The notes under the pieces were generated by a model that was not told where the DNA came from, did no database searches, and saw only the letters and a program-made list of their open reading frames with translations. This document shows positions 12,978-24,751 of a DNA stretch of 64,000 nt, in pieces (within the stretch, counting starts at the first letter, position 1; each line of letters starts with the position of its first letter). Both the position numbers and the translations under genes were made by a program. The stretch comes from Epithemia pelagica (Eukaryota; Protista; Bacillariophyta). Location of the stretch: positions 3,534,001 to 3,598,000 of the forward strand of contig OX337235.1 in assembly GCA_946965045.2 (NCBI GenBank), read 5' to 3'.

Positions 12978-15900
12978 TCGCAGTCGGCGATAGACGAAAG
13001 TCATCCTGTGGAGCATTATCTCGGGAAGCACGAGCGCGATCGTAACACAAACACAAACAACCATGCATGTGATCGAAAACAAAATGAAATTAAGAAACCA
13101 AGAAAGGAAGATAGTGATGATAAGATAGAGTGCGATGACTTCCATCTCGATTTTCAGCAAGAAAAGGGAGTACTCGAGAGAATGACGGCTGCGCTCCCGG
13201 TAGGCATTGGTTCGATGCGAATTGGCCTGGTGTGTCATGCAATGCCTTATTGGTTTTGGGCAATAACATCTTTGGGAACCACGGAGTGGATTGAAGCGAG
13301 TAACAGTGAGGAATGGAGCTCAATCGGGCCTTGCTCTGGTTTGCATTCCTTGTTAGTCCAACCCGAACTGAGATCGGAAGCCAAGAAGCGTTGTTCTCAA
13401 GGACACTTTAAAGCCAAGAAACGGAAGCCAGATAATCGCTGGGAAAGAGTCGACTCGGTATTTTTCGACGAGAATGCACCCGGACCATCCCATCCTGTTT
13501 GGAGATCAAAACGCATTATAATTGTGGTCTGGTGGAAGGGTCGCAGTGCAAGTGGTCCTCCGAAAACGATGGACAGTTGGAAGGTCACCAAGCTCCGCAT
13601 GAATCACGCAGTGTTGGGAGGCGTAACCACAAAAATCGACTGAATTTTTATCGCCTCGAAGCCACAGGGCAACTCGCAGGCCGTGTGAACTTTGCAGAGT
13701 GGTGGAATGGAACAATTGATGAGGGGCTATCGAAGACCACCGTTCGAGGCATCATAAAACCAACGGAACACGGCAAGCCAAGATCAGCGCTCAAGGTGAA
13801 GGAGTCTGACTTGATTTGCAATCGAAAAATGATCTGGGAGGAGGATCGATACAAAAGTCACTGTGTACCAAGTGTCTTCTCCCCGACTGGGTTGGTGGAA
13901 CGCAAACTAGTCGCAAAGGAACTTGCATCAGCTCTGGACTTCCCATCAGTGTTGGTTAAGGATGCGAGCGACGGTGAAATTGACAAATGGATAAACGCGG
14001 TGGGTCCCCCGTTTAAGACTCGAATTCAAACGGTACGATTGATTCAGGACTTTATTTCTCAAGATCGATTCGAAGATACCTCCATGCATGGCAAGACAGA
14101 GTGTTTGAAACCGGCACATGAACCACGAATGAAGGCAGATGATGAAGAACATTTGCCCGACGAGATGGACGATGTCGATTCCAACGACCTGTTTATTGAA
14201 GAGAGGGCTGAAGATCGGAACTTGAAAGCCACCAAGGCAGACGATGCGGCGATTCCGTATGAACTATGGAATGACCGAATCTTAGACAACTTTGGCTTGA
14301 CATCTCCAACCGATCGAGCCCGTGGCATTCACGCCTTGGATTGGATTCGGCACGGAATGCTGAAATTTTGGAAACGACGTGTAGCTAAAGACTTCTGGAA
14401 TTGGTGGTCGCGATCCCAAGGTTCTATGACGGATCAAGAAAAGAAAACCACAATAGCTGCGGGACTGTGCGCGTTGAGACATTCAGCGTTGGCATCGTGG
14501 TGGGACTGGGATGAGGGATCATCTCCTTTCTTCTGGCGTATGCCCGACCCGGGATGGATGGTCGATATGCGTGATGGTGTAAAGCCCATGTGGATCGGCC
14601 CACCCCCTAGTTACCGCAAATCTCAGCGGCCTAACGCGGACCCCGCTCATTTGGCATTGGAAAAGAAAAAGATCGGGAAAGTTCGTCGCAGAGGATACAT
14701 CGCTCCTACTGCTGGGATCAGGTCTTTAACAAGTTTCTTTTCGGTTCCAAAAGGACCTACGGATATCCGTATGGTCTACGATGGGACTAAAAGTGGGCCT
14801 AATGATTCATTATTGGCCCCCTGGTTTGGTTTAGCAACGGTGGACTCTATGCTCAGGACACAGTCGACGAATTCACATGGTCGGGCGACAATGATTTTGG
14901 TGAAATGTTCCTGAATTTCTGGATCCATCCAGAAATTCGGAGCTACACTGGCGTCGATTTGACAACTCTGTTTCCGGAGGAGCTAGACGAAAAAGATGGG
15001 AAAAAGAAGCACCTATGGGAAGCCTGGACAAGATGCGCAATGGGTGTTACTGTCTCGCCGTATCAAACAACGCAGTGTACGCAACTAGTGAAACGCATTA
15101 TATTTGGATGCCGTTTTAAGAAGGACAACATATTCCGATGGACAGAGGTCCGCCTGAATTTACCTGGAAGCGAACACTACGACCCTTCCTTGCCATGGAT
15201 CTGCAAAGTCCGCGAGGATGGCCGTATTGCAGTTGATGTCCATTCTTATGTGGACGACCTTCCAGGAACAGCTCCATCGAAAGAAGAAGCTTGGCTTGCT
15301 TCCAGTGCTATGGCAAAAGGCTCAGCTTTCTTTGGTCTTCAGGATGCGGCACGAAAGCGTCGCCCGCCAAGTTGTCGTCCTGGGGCCTGGGCAGGGGCTG
15401 TATTGAAACAACAGGAACTGCCGTGTACAAAACCGTCTCCCAAGAGAGGTGGGAGAAAACCAAGAAACATGTCGACATGTTGCATTCATGGGCAAGCACT
15501 GATGACCCAATTGATCGAAAGGAACTTGAGAAGATCAGGGGTTTCCTTGTATATGTCTCATTAACGTACAAGGCACTAGTGCCCTACTTGAAGGGAATTC
15601 ATCTCACGCTAGAGAGCTGGCGTCCCGATAGAGATGAAGAGGGTTGGAAACTACCCGCAAAGGAAAGAGAGCAATTGGAATCGGATTTTGATTCACCTCC
15701 CACCGTTGTGAAACAAGTTCCTCGTTTCAAATCTGACATCCGAGCGATCCGCAAGTTGACAGAGTCATGTACACCACCTAAGCTACTGGCTCGACCGTCC
15801 AAGGGTTCAAAGGCAGTAATTGTCTTCGGGGACGCTTCAGGAGAGGGATTTGGAACCTCTTTATGGACATACGGGTCCACAAGTGTACACACAGAACATG

Positions 15901-16770
15901 GACTGTGGACTAAAGAATATGGCTCAAGATCATCCAATTTTCGTGAGCTATACAATTTAATTCTACGGTTGGAGTCGTTGGTTCAGAGTGGTCAACTCGA
16001 GAACGGTTCCGAGGTGTTCATGTTTACCGATAATTCTACGTCGGAGTCTGCCTTTTACAGAGGCACTTCTACCTCGTTTCTCCTTTTTGAGCTAGTACTT
16101 CGAGCTCGGAGGATGGAAATGCTGGGACAGATCTTTCTCCGTGTCGTTTGGGTGGCCGGTACCCGAATGAATGATTGCACAGGGAACCGACGGTCTTTCA
16201 CGAGGAGACTTAAAGACTGGCGTAATGGCAGGAGGTCCCATGCTCCTCTACGTCCCTCTGAATCACTCGTGTGAAGAAAGGCAACCAGGGGTGACAGATT
16301 GGCTGTTGCAATACAGTAGCCGTTACTCCTGGACGAGAACCAATCCTGATGATTGGTTTGACAAAATTTTTGAAAAGGGGAACTTTGTTTGGACCCCACC
16401 ACCATGCATCGCTGACGCTGCCGTGGACCAACTCTGCGACTCGACACACATTCGTCCAGAAAATGGTCATATCTTTGTTTGTCCTGCGTTGATGTCTTAT
16501 TTGTGGCGCAAGAAGTTACGGAAAGTTGCGGACTTCGTCTTCAAAATCCCGGCTGATTGTCGCATATGGTCGAAGTCTCAACACGAACATCTTATTGTTG
16601 CTTTTGTATTTCCCCATTTACATCGCAGACCATGGAAAGTTAGAAGGGCTAAGCGATTATTGGATGAGGTCCAAGCCAGCCTGCGTGAAATGTGGTCATC
16701 CGATAGGGACCTTGATGGGAGTTGTCTGTGCAAATTATGGGCATTCGAGGGGTACAACTCGAACTTGTAA
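12978..16770 (+). pseudogene. YR retrotransposon pol: C5-MTase-like, reverse transcriptase, RNase H and DIRS MT-like domains, broken by 4 frameshifts
   Basis: RT: FFSVPKGPTDIRMVYDGT, DNDFGEMFLNF, SYVDDL. RNase H: FGDASGEGFG, SSNFREL, FTDNST, QGTDGLSRG. MT-like: NFVWTPPP...HIFVCP...W. Frame changes near 13632 (A run), 14868 (extra CA), 15405 and 16167 (ATGA duplication). Confidence 0.85.
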
Positions 16771-18172
16771 GAACGCATGGCATGCAAAGTGCTACCATCA
16801 GAGTTCGAAAGATAGATTCCCAGTTCTCGAGGCAGGTGATTTGGATGACGCTTTGATCGACGGAGAGGGGCATGATGAAGTTGAAGATGACCCTCAACGT
16901 TTCAAAGAAGCAAGGGACGGAGACCATTTTATGTGTCCCTTTCAATGCGACTCCTACTCATTCTACAATTTGAAGGGGCGATATCAGCGAGAGGAGTCAG
17001 AGCAAGACCAGCTCTTGTGTGTCTGTATTCGTCGTGCAAATCTAGACTCTTTCTGGTCCAGAGAGCGATCAACTGTCGACAAAAACTGGCGAGAGTTGCG
17101 GGGCCTCAAAGGATTGGGCGAAACAATTGGATTAAGTGAGCCGCTGCCGAATCGCGGTCCGTTTCCCATTGGGGATTACAATGGGTTAGGGGCGGCTTGC
17201 TTGATGCTAATGAAGACTCTAAATGAGGGTCGCAACGCAAGACACATTCAGTATGAGACAGCAAGAAAGGTACGCTCTACGATCGGCAATTTCATGCACA
17301 CCTTACCTGGTGGTACTGGTTGGTCGACGATGGGAGCGGGCGATCGCTCGGCGATGGTGTTTACGGCCAGTCCGACAAACTCGTATTGGTACAAGCGATT
17401 TTTGAGCGGATGCCACAGACGAATGGGCGATGTCTGGATCCCAGACCGGGCAGTCACTATCGAAGAAATTCATGTGGGCCTCGAGATTTTGGAGAAAGAA
17501 TGGAAGACTTCGCCCCAAGGTCAGAGGAGATTGGAAGTGGCATTATCTGGAGCTCTTGTTATTGTCGGTTTCTGCGCAGCCTTGAGAGGGGAAGAAATTC
17601 CTCAGGTGGACGTGGGTTTAATTCGAAAATACTGGGAAGAAGCCATCTCATACAAGAAAGCAGCCCATGTTCCTTTGGCCATGGCTGGCCGGTTCAAACA
17701 AACGAACGGGCTTTTCAAGTTGTATGTTCAGCCTTTGGCAGAAACCACACAGTCAGGAATCCAAATTCGTTTGTGGCTCGAACGGGCTATCCGTGAATTG
17801 AACGTCAGGAAAGTAGAGACGGGCCCCATGTTCCGGAGATCAACAAAGAGCGGAAAAATTCAACGCGCCTTGGTGGGAGACCTTGACCTCCTGTTTCACG
17901 CGTTGTGGAAGAGGATTCAACATCAGAGACCGGATATCATCCCAGACACGGTCAAGGTCGATGAGGTCTATAGCGTTCGGAGATCATTACGCCGTGGCGC
18001 AACCACCGAAGCTCAAAACAAACAAATCCCAAAGGAGGTGATCGAAGCCAACAACAGGTGGAGAAAGCACCTGAAAGGTAAAGGTGTTCTCCCTGGGATG
18101 AGTATGTTGGAACGCTACTCAGATGCCAAAGCTTCTGTGGAAGCTTTGATCAGGTTCTCGAAGAATTTGTAA
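16526..18172 (+). CDS. Tyrosine recombinase of the retrotransposon (intact; overlaps the pol end)
   Basis: GFCAALRGEE (Arg), GRFK (Lys), RSLRRGATT (HxxR box), NNRW (Trp), MLERYSD (Tyr nucleophile); Cys/His-rich N-terminus. True start codon uncertain. Confidence 0.88.
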   Translation: MRTSSSKSRLIVAYGRSLNTNILLLLLYFPIYIADHGKLEGLSDYWMRSKPACVKCGHPIGTLMGVVCANYGHSRGTTRTCKNAWHAKCYHQSSKDRFPVLEAGDLDDALIDGEGHDEVEDDPQRFKEARDGDHFMCPFQCDSYSFYNLKGRYQREESEQDQLLCVCIRRANLDSFWSRERSTVDKNWRELRGLKGLGETIGLSEPLPNRGPFPIGDYNGLGAACLMLMKTLNEGRNARHIQYETARKVRSTIGNFMHTLPGGTGWSTMGAGDRSAMVFTASPTNSYWYKRFLSGCHRRMGDVWIPDRAVTIEEIHVGLEILEKEWKTSPQGQRRLEVALSGALVIVGFCAALRGEEIPQVDVGLIRKYWEEAISYKKAAHVPLAMAGRFKQTNGLFKLYVQPLAETTQSGIQIRLWLERAIRELNVRKVETGPMFRRSTKSGKIQRALVGDLDLLFHALWKRIQHQRPDIIPDTVKVDEVYSVRRSLRRGATTEAQNKQIPKEVIEANNRWRKHLKGKGVLPGMSMLERYSDAKASVEALIRFSKNL

Positions 18173-18653
18173 GGATGGTAAGCGAAGATGCTTTCTGGAA
18201 CTGGACAAGCGGCAGGATTGCAGGATTGGTTTTGAAGGAGAGGATACCGAAATGGGGAATTGTTCTCGGCACAACTGTTTCAGTTTGGGCCCAGATCGCT
18301 TGTCGTTGCCAGCTTGCCTATGAAAGGGTTTTGGGACTCCCTACAAACATGGACCAGGGCTTGGCCGCCTGTTTGGCTGTTTGGGACATGGCATATCACT
18401 CGTGAAGATATTTCTGGGTGTTATGGCTCAGCAATGGGTTTGTACTGGGGATGGCTCATTACTTGGACGTACACTCGCACGTAACGGACTGTTTTTGATT
18501 GCGGGATTTCGAGTCCCGTGATTTGTCAGGAGCGAATCACGATTCACGCCCTAGGGAAAGGATGGGTGGGGGGCCTTCCCCCCCCCCAGAGTATGGTAAT
18601 GTTAAAGTATTAATTTAAGTGTATTGGTGCAATGGACGTGAGATAGAAGCGGT

Positions 18654-18982
18654 GGCCGGCTCGAGGAACTGAAGAGTGAGGAACAAGTACCGCATCGCAC
18701 CCAAGAGGTTAATAAGGGACCGACGGACGAACGATGAAGGCAGATGACGTCGCGCCCATCAAGATGACAACGACACGTCAGCTTTGGTTGGGGTCATTGA
18801 TGACTCTCCTGAGTCATCCTCCCAACCAAAAGGATTCGTAAAAGATACGGTCATAAGATTTTGGAAAGAAAACTCTACACGGATTATCACGGAGCTGATC
18901 ACCCAGTGATTACTGTGAGGTTCTCTTTTCGCCCACCCACCCGCGGCCGGCTCGAGGAACTAAAGAGTGAGGAACAAGTACC
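18654..18982 (+). repeat. Right-end repeats B1-A2-B2
   Basis: GGCCGGCTCGAGGAACT(G/A)AAGAGTGAGGAACAAGTACC at 18654 and 18945, flanking A2; a 13-bp CCCACCCACCCGC spacer lies between A2 and B2. Confidence 0.9.
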
Positions 18983-19334
18983 TAGATCGTCATCGTCCCC
19001 GTAAACCAGGGACACACCAAGATTAACACCCAACCAACTTTTATAACAGACGATTCGTGCCACATTCATTGCTCGTAAAAATTATTTTAAATATCGGCGA
19101 AAGGCGAAAAACACATTTCTCCCTATTCGCTGTTGTCTTCGCTCCGTTGACAGTTGAAAGTGAGACAGCACATACCAACAAGACAGTGCAATTGAGAAGC
19201 ATTTATCTCTCTAGACAACAGAGAGAAGGTTTCAAAGAATTCAAACGTCTTTTCGAACGTCTTTGTTCAGTCGAACGTCACAAAGCCAAAGTGTTGACAG
19301 CTCCTCCATCCCAGAACATACATTTGTCGACAAT

Positions 19335-20498
19335 ATGATGGAGTCACAACGCAAGGTTCCAACTCTGTCCTCTTCCTCCCTGGCTGCCAATAACATCAAG
19401 ATCAACACTAGAAACGGCATTCCCGAGTCTCAATCGAGGACGACAATCCAGCGTTCCCTGCCGCCCAAGCAATTGTCAGTTACATCGGAGCATTACGACG
19501 TGGGCAAGAAGGGCTTTTTGACACCGGCGGAGCAAACCATGCGTAATTTAGATGTCGACGGGAAAGGTCAATTGACGAATGAACAGGTTGCAAGTATTGT
19601 GGAACAAACCATGTCTTTGCGTGACGTCAATAGCCGGCTTCGCTTTTGGGTACTGGCCTTGTTCGGGGCCGTCATTATCTTGGCACTCTCCAATTTGGGA
19701 ACCGCCTTTCTCGCCGCCCGCATGGCCAAGGACACGACTGTGAATGAAAGTTCGGGTGTTATGGTGGTCAAGGGCAAAGATACACCGGTTGTGATCCGCT
19801 CCTCGGGCTCTTCGATTCGAGCGGTTCGAGTGACATTGCCCAATGGAGATTCACAGGTATGCATTAACATGCACGATGCCGCCCGTCTCATGAATCGTAC
19901 CATGGAAGGCACCAAGACCACGATTGTGGTAGAAAATGGAGAAGGGCAAAATTTTTCGGTGGTCACAGTGGGTGTTTCTGCGAGCGGTAGCAGCTACGGT
20001 TCCTTTTACGACACTGTTTGTTTTGGACGCGATGATGGGTCGGATCCAATGTGTACCGACTTTCAATACGAATGCAAGGAGGTGACGGACAGCAATGGCC
20101 GACGCTCTTGGTCTGTGTCGCCTGGTCGAAGACTTCAAAAAGGACACCCTTCTCATCCGATTCATGAGTTTCATGCCGTGGTAAAGCAAGGATTTTATGA
20201 TGCTCCGCCGTCACACAAAGATTCTCGTCCAAGGCGGTCGCCAACGGCCCGTGCTTTGGCGGTGTGTAAATCAACCATCTGCGAGGAGGACGCGCACAAG
20301 GACACAACGAAATGCAATCATGACACGTACGCGGATGCATGGGATGAGAACGAATGTGATCAAGATGATTGTTGCCTTACTCCACTTGCCAAGTCTTGTT
20401 CAGGAGGTGATGGATGGCATTGGACAGATCATTGTCAATGGGAAGGAGACGGATCGCCGTATGGACCGGATTTTATGTCTACCTTTTATATTCCGTAA
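19335..20498 (+). CDS. Single-pass membrane protein with EF-hand-like loops and a Cys/Asp-rich C-terminus
   Basis: YDVGKKGFLT and LDVDGKGQLTNEQV resemble EF-hand loops; TM segment FWVLALFGAVIILALSNLGTAFLA; long intact ORF. Confidence 0.65.
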   Translation: MMESQRKVPTLSSSSLAANNIKINTRNGIPESQSRTTIQRSLPPKQLSVTSEHYDVGKKGFLTPAEQTMRNLDVDGKGQLTNEQVASIVEQTMSLRDVNSRLRFWVLALFGAVIILALSNLGTAFLAARMAKDTTVNESSGVMVVKGKDTPVVIRSSGSSIRAVRVTLPNGDSQVCINMHDAARLMNRTMEGTKTTIVVENGEGQNFSVVTVGVSASGSSYGSFYDTVCFGRDDGSDPMCTDFQYECKEVTDSNGRRSWSVSPGRRLQKGHPSHPIHEFHAVVKQGFYDAPPSHKDSRPRRSPTARALAVCKSTICEEDAHKDTTKCNHDTYADAWDENECDQDDCCLTPLAKSCSGGDGWHWTDHCQWEGDGSPYGPDFMSTFYIP

Positions 20499-21053
20499 AC
20501 CTCAAAGGAAATGAACTGGCCATGGGCATGATCCGAGATGTTGCAGAGTTTGAGTGTTGTTTTTGGTGCAAACACAACAGAAAGACACTTTCACTCTACT
20601 GAAATCATGGATCACCGAAGTATTGCAGAAACAAGGTTTCACGAGAATACGTTACTTCTGTTAGTCTTCATCTCCGTGCTGAGGTCGTGTTTGTACTATC
20701 ATCTTCATCAATCGCCTGTTCTTAACTTTTACCAATGCCATCAGAAGAAATCTTGTGGGCTGTCTATAACCATGGTCTTTCATTATACAAATTGCACATT
20801 GTGTTGTGGTTCTGATTCAGGACGGGGAAGGCAGCTCTTTACCCATAGTCTTCTACTCCTAGGAAGAAACTGTAACTACCCCTACCTCTCCTCTCAGATA
20901 ATCCCTCCATGGGGCGGCTAGCTATAGGAATACATAGCTACTCCTACTACTATGACGAATGACGAAAAGGCGAATGCCCATTGTGTAGAATTTCTATCAT
21001 CAGTCTTCTTGTTTCGCATTACCATTGCGGTGGCGTATGACAATACATAGAAA

Positions 21054-23173
21054 ATGAGTCTGCGTGGAAGCGTGTCCGTATGTGAAACCTCTTGTATTGA
21101 TTTGTGGTGTCAAAGCATGGAGGAGAGATGTGACCAAAGTAATCAGGAGGATGGAGCCACCAACAATGACGACGAGCGTTCATCTTTGTTACAATCCTGT
21201 CGAAGCACTGATGGGAAGGAGAACTCCGAAGGTCGGTCGGCGGCACCTCATTATTATGGTGAACAAGATTTGGAAGAAGATGAGGATAGACGGACCAGCA
21301 AGATTTCATCCACCGGCAAATCCCTGGAGGAATGCTCCTCAGTAAATCTTTGGCAATGGCATAATTTGGCCATTCCAGTTAGTTACTGGGTCGTGGGTAC
21401 CTTGCAGGGCTTGTTTCGAACCTTTCTAAATGTGTATCCATTGGATCTGGGTGCAACTGAAGCACAACAAACGTCACTGACCTTCATGGCCACGTTACCG
21501 GCAGCCTTCAAGATTTTGTATGGCTTTTCGTCTGATGCCTATCCCATAGCGGGTTACCGACGCAAATCGCACTTGTTGTTGGGTTGGATGTTGGCCTCGA
21601 TTCCAATGGCCATCTTGACGTTATCCTCCAATCTCACCCTATTGAGATCACATGTCAAGGATCATGAAGCAGATCACAGTACCATAGCTGCCACTAGCAT
21701 TGTCCCAGACAATGCTCCGTCCTTGTTGCAAGTGAGTTGGTCCTTTTTTATTTTTGGTGTGGGAATGTGGTATGCCGATGCCATTGCCGATGCCATTGTG
21801 GCGGAGAAGGCTCGATGTGAACCAGAAGCGATTCGGGGATCACTTCAGGCCACGTGTTACACTTTGAGGTTTTTCGGTCTCATGGTTTCGGCACCCATTT
21901 CCACCTACTTGTATTCACACGTTGATGGTCGCGGACCCCAAATCATTGTCCAAGCCTTGGCTGGTCTTCCTTGCCTTGTCCTTCCCCTTGCCTGGTGCTT
22001 TGCCGAACAACCTGCCACTCGGACTGCGAACCAAGGGTCGTCGGTATCGCAAACTTCAACCGTGACGGTAAAACCAGTTCGAGAACAGTGCTTGGAAATA
22101 TGGCGTACTGTATGTTCTCGGGCTGTATGGGAACCCATGGCGTTTATCTACGTTTTTAATTTGTTGCAAGTCAGCAATGCCGCGTGGCGTCAGTTTTTGG
22201 TCAGTGTCTTGCATTTTACACCCGCCAATCTCAACTCCCTTTTGGTTGCTTCCTACGTTGTCTTGTACTTGGGAACCTTGTTGTACAAATACTTTTTGTT
22301 GCAAGCAAGTTGGCGACGCATTTATCAAGTCTGTTTGGTATTGAACCTCGTCTTGTCATCCCTGCAATTGCTCTTGATTCGAGGTCATACACTCGGCATT
22401 TCTCCCTTTGTTTTTGCTCTGGGAGACGATGCCTTTGCCGAATTTCTTAACGGGGTCCAATTTCTACCCGCGGTTATTCTCATGGTGGCACTTTGTCCAC
22501 CTGGATCGGAAGGTACGGAAACAATATTATTTCGGACACTGTCACAAAGAAGGTCGCCGAATGCCATGTCTATGTTGGCCTCACCTTCCTGTGCTCTTTT
22601 CCTTTACAGGTGCCAGCTATGCCATGTTCACCACGGGTAAGGTTCTCACACATTTCTCTCTCTGACACACTTGTTGTTGGTGCCTCTCATTTCTCCATGT
22701 TTCTTGTGTGACAACAGTCATGAATTCGGCCTTGATGATCGCTCCACCCCTGAGTTCCCTCCTACTAGGGATTTGGGATGTTAGTAAAGAAGCTCTCGAA
22801 CGGGGGGAGTTGGATGGATTGGTACGTTGCGTTTGGTCTGGCGCACCAAAATGGTGCTTCCCATGAGAGAGATCTCACACTCGTCTGTTTTGGAATGATG
22901 GATTGTGGATGACATGCTTGGTGGATCGTCATTTTCTTCTTTATATAGTTCAACTTGTCCTTGTTGACGACGGCGATTCAAATCTCTCCCATTTTCTTTT
23001 TGCATTGGTTACCCCAGGGACGAAAAGAACTGGAAGCATTGGCATCAGAACCCTTTTCGGGGAGTCCCATTGGCGGTGCACTCTTTTTGACGGTTCTCTT
23101 TGCCTCCATGGCCTGGACCTTTGCTGTGACCTTGATGAATATTTTGCATCCCGATTGGGCGGGAGGTTCCTGA
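21054..23173 (+). CDS. MFS transporter, BT1 folate-biopterin family; introns 22513-22609, 22637-22717, 22822-22948
   Basis: FKILYGFSSDAYPIAGYRRKSHLLLGW, DAIADAIVAE, RGSLQATCY, LCPPGSEGASYAMFTTVMN after splicing; GT-AG introns restore the frame to ...DWAGGS stop. Confidence 0.88.
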
Positions 23174-24408
23174 GACAGAGTATTATAGGTTCGACTACCT
23201 AGATCTTCCACCAACACCAAGGGGAAGGCGTAGTCGCTCGGAAACTAATTTCCTTTGAATCGTGGAACAGTGGCTGTTTTCCCGCACACTCGTGAGCAAG
23301 TTCTGCGTATGTGGCTCCCACTAGCAATGCCGAGCAAACGAGCCCCATGCATCTCTAGCTGATGGACGAGAAACAATGCAACAAAGTCATGTTGCAGTAC
23401 TGGATCTAATTCTATAATATGGATAGTTCTAAAATTAGCATTCATCGTTTGCATATCCTGTACGGATCGTTCGAGCCATTGCGATCTTCTTTTTGTTTGT
23501 CCAAGAGAGTGTGGGCTCTCTTCAGGAATATTGGAGTATCGAGAGGGAAGCAAATCCACTAAAATGATGATGTTCACGTCCAGTCATTCGCCAAACGTTT
23601 GTCGACCACAACGTCTTCTGCTTCTCATTTCGCTCGTGGTGGTGTAAAACTGTTTTGTGAATCTCTATACAGTATCCGTTTCGTGGAGGGCACTGGCGGC
23701 ACGAGCTTGCGCAATGACTTGCGACCAACCGAGGGAGGGTTGACTCAGTTTGTGTGCCACTCGACCCAAATACGTTGTATGTGATCCCATTGTTCTCATA
23801 CTACCCCTGTTCCTGTTTGTGTTGACCACGGCGGGTCGTCGCCGAAAGAGTCCATGGGCACTGCGAATGGCGCGTTGTCGACTTTGAAGATCGACTTGAC
23901 AGTGTCGTGGGAGTGCATGAAATTCCAATCCCAAAAATTCCGGAACCTGTCGATACCATTCTACCAACTGCTGAAAACAATGTGATTTGTGCTCTTGTTG
24001 TTGTTCCAGCGATAGAGATGGTTGTGCAGTCTCATTTGACATGCTATCATGAGTCACGGAAGCGTTTTCCTTGCCGTGATGGATCGTTCTACTGGCATAT
24101 GGATCCGACGTTGTCGTGTTTCGTTCTCTTGACGGAAAGCCACCACGACACGCATTCAATGATGCGCGTTCTTGAACTTGTTGCTGCCGTCGTACCGAAC
24201 CGCGACGACCATCCCAGTACAGGGCCGCAAGAAGTTTTTGACAAGGGAGAATCTCTGTGGAAATGGGCCCTGGATTGGCTCCCACGGTTGTCGTTCTTGT
24301 GGTTGATAAACTTGGGGGAAACGAGACTACTGAACCGGTTAATGTTGTCGTTGTCACATCGAGCTTTGTCGTGGTGTCCTGTGGTTGCTTCTCCTCTTCT
24401 TCCTCCTC

Positions 24409-24644
24409 TGTCGTGACAGTGGGGAAGTATGCATGCTAGTGGGGTAGCAGCCTTGGAGCGCGCGAGTCGAGCCAAGAAAGTAGAATAACTCCCACACACA
24501 GTTCGGAATCATAATTTCGCTTTGTTTGATTGTTGCATCTCTTCTCCCTTCCGTTCCCTGCCTACCGTCATCATTTGTTGACCATAGCGATCATTTGACC
24601 GCTGAGTACGACAAGAGACGCATCTATAACGATAGATTGCGGCA
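24409..24644 (+). repeat. 5' LTR
   Basis: TGTCGTGACA...GATTGCGGCA; no difference from the 3' LTR seen by eye. Confidence 0.96.
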
Positions 24645-24656
24645 GGTTATGAGCCC
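24645..24656 (+). promoter_or_regulatory. Primer-binding site (copia-type, half-tRNA-iMet priming)
   Basis: GGTTATGAGCCC directly after the 5' LTR resembles the GGTTATGGGCCC PBS of Drosophila copia. Confidence 0.75.
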
Positions 24657-24751
24657 AAGTTGAAGGGTTTGTGAGCATACAAGCGAAAAGACGAGATTTG
24701 GAATCGTAACAACGACGCAACGGCAAGAAGGAAGAAACGACGACGACTACC

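Larger units (their letters stand above)
10279..18982 (+). mobile_element. Tyrosine-recombinase retrotransposon (DIRS order, Ngaro/PAT-like split direct repeats)
   Basis: A1 10282-10521 matches A2 18692-18931 (240 bp, about 6 mismatches); B1 18654-18691 matches B2 18945-18982 (38 bp, 1 mismatch). Internal gag-like, RT, RNase H and YR coding regions; no conventional target-site duplication. Confidence 0.92.
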
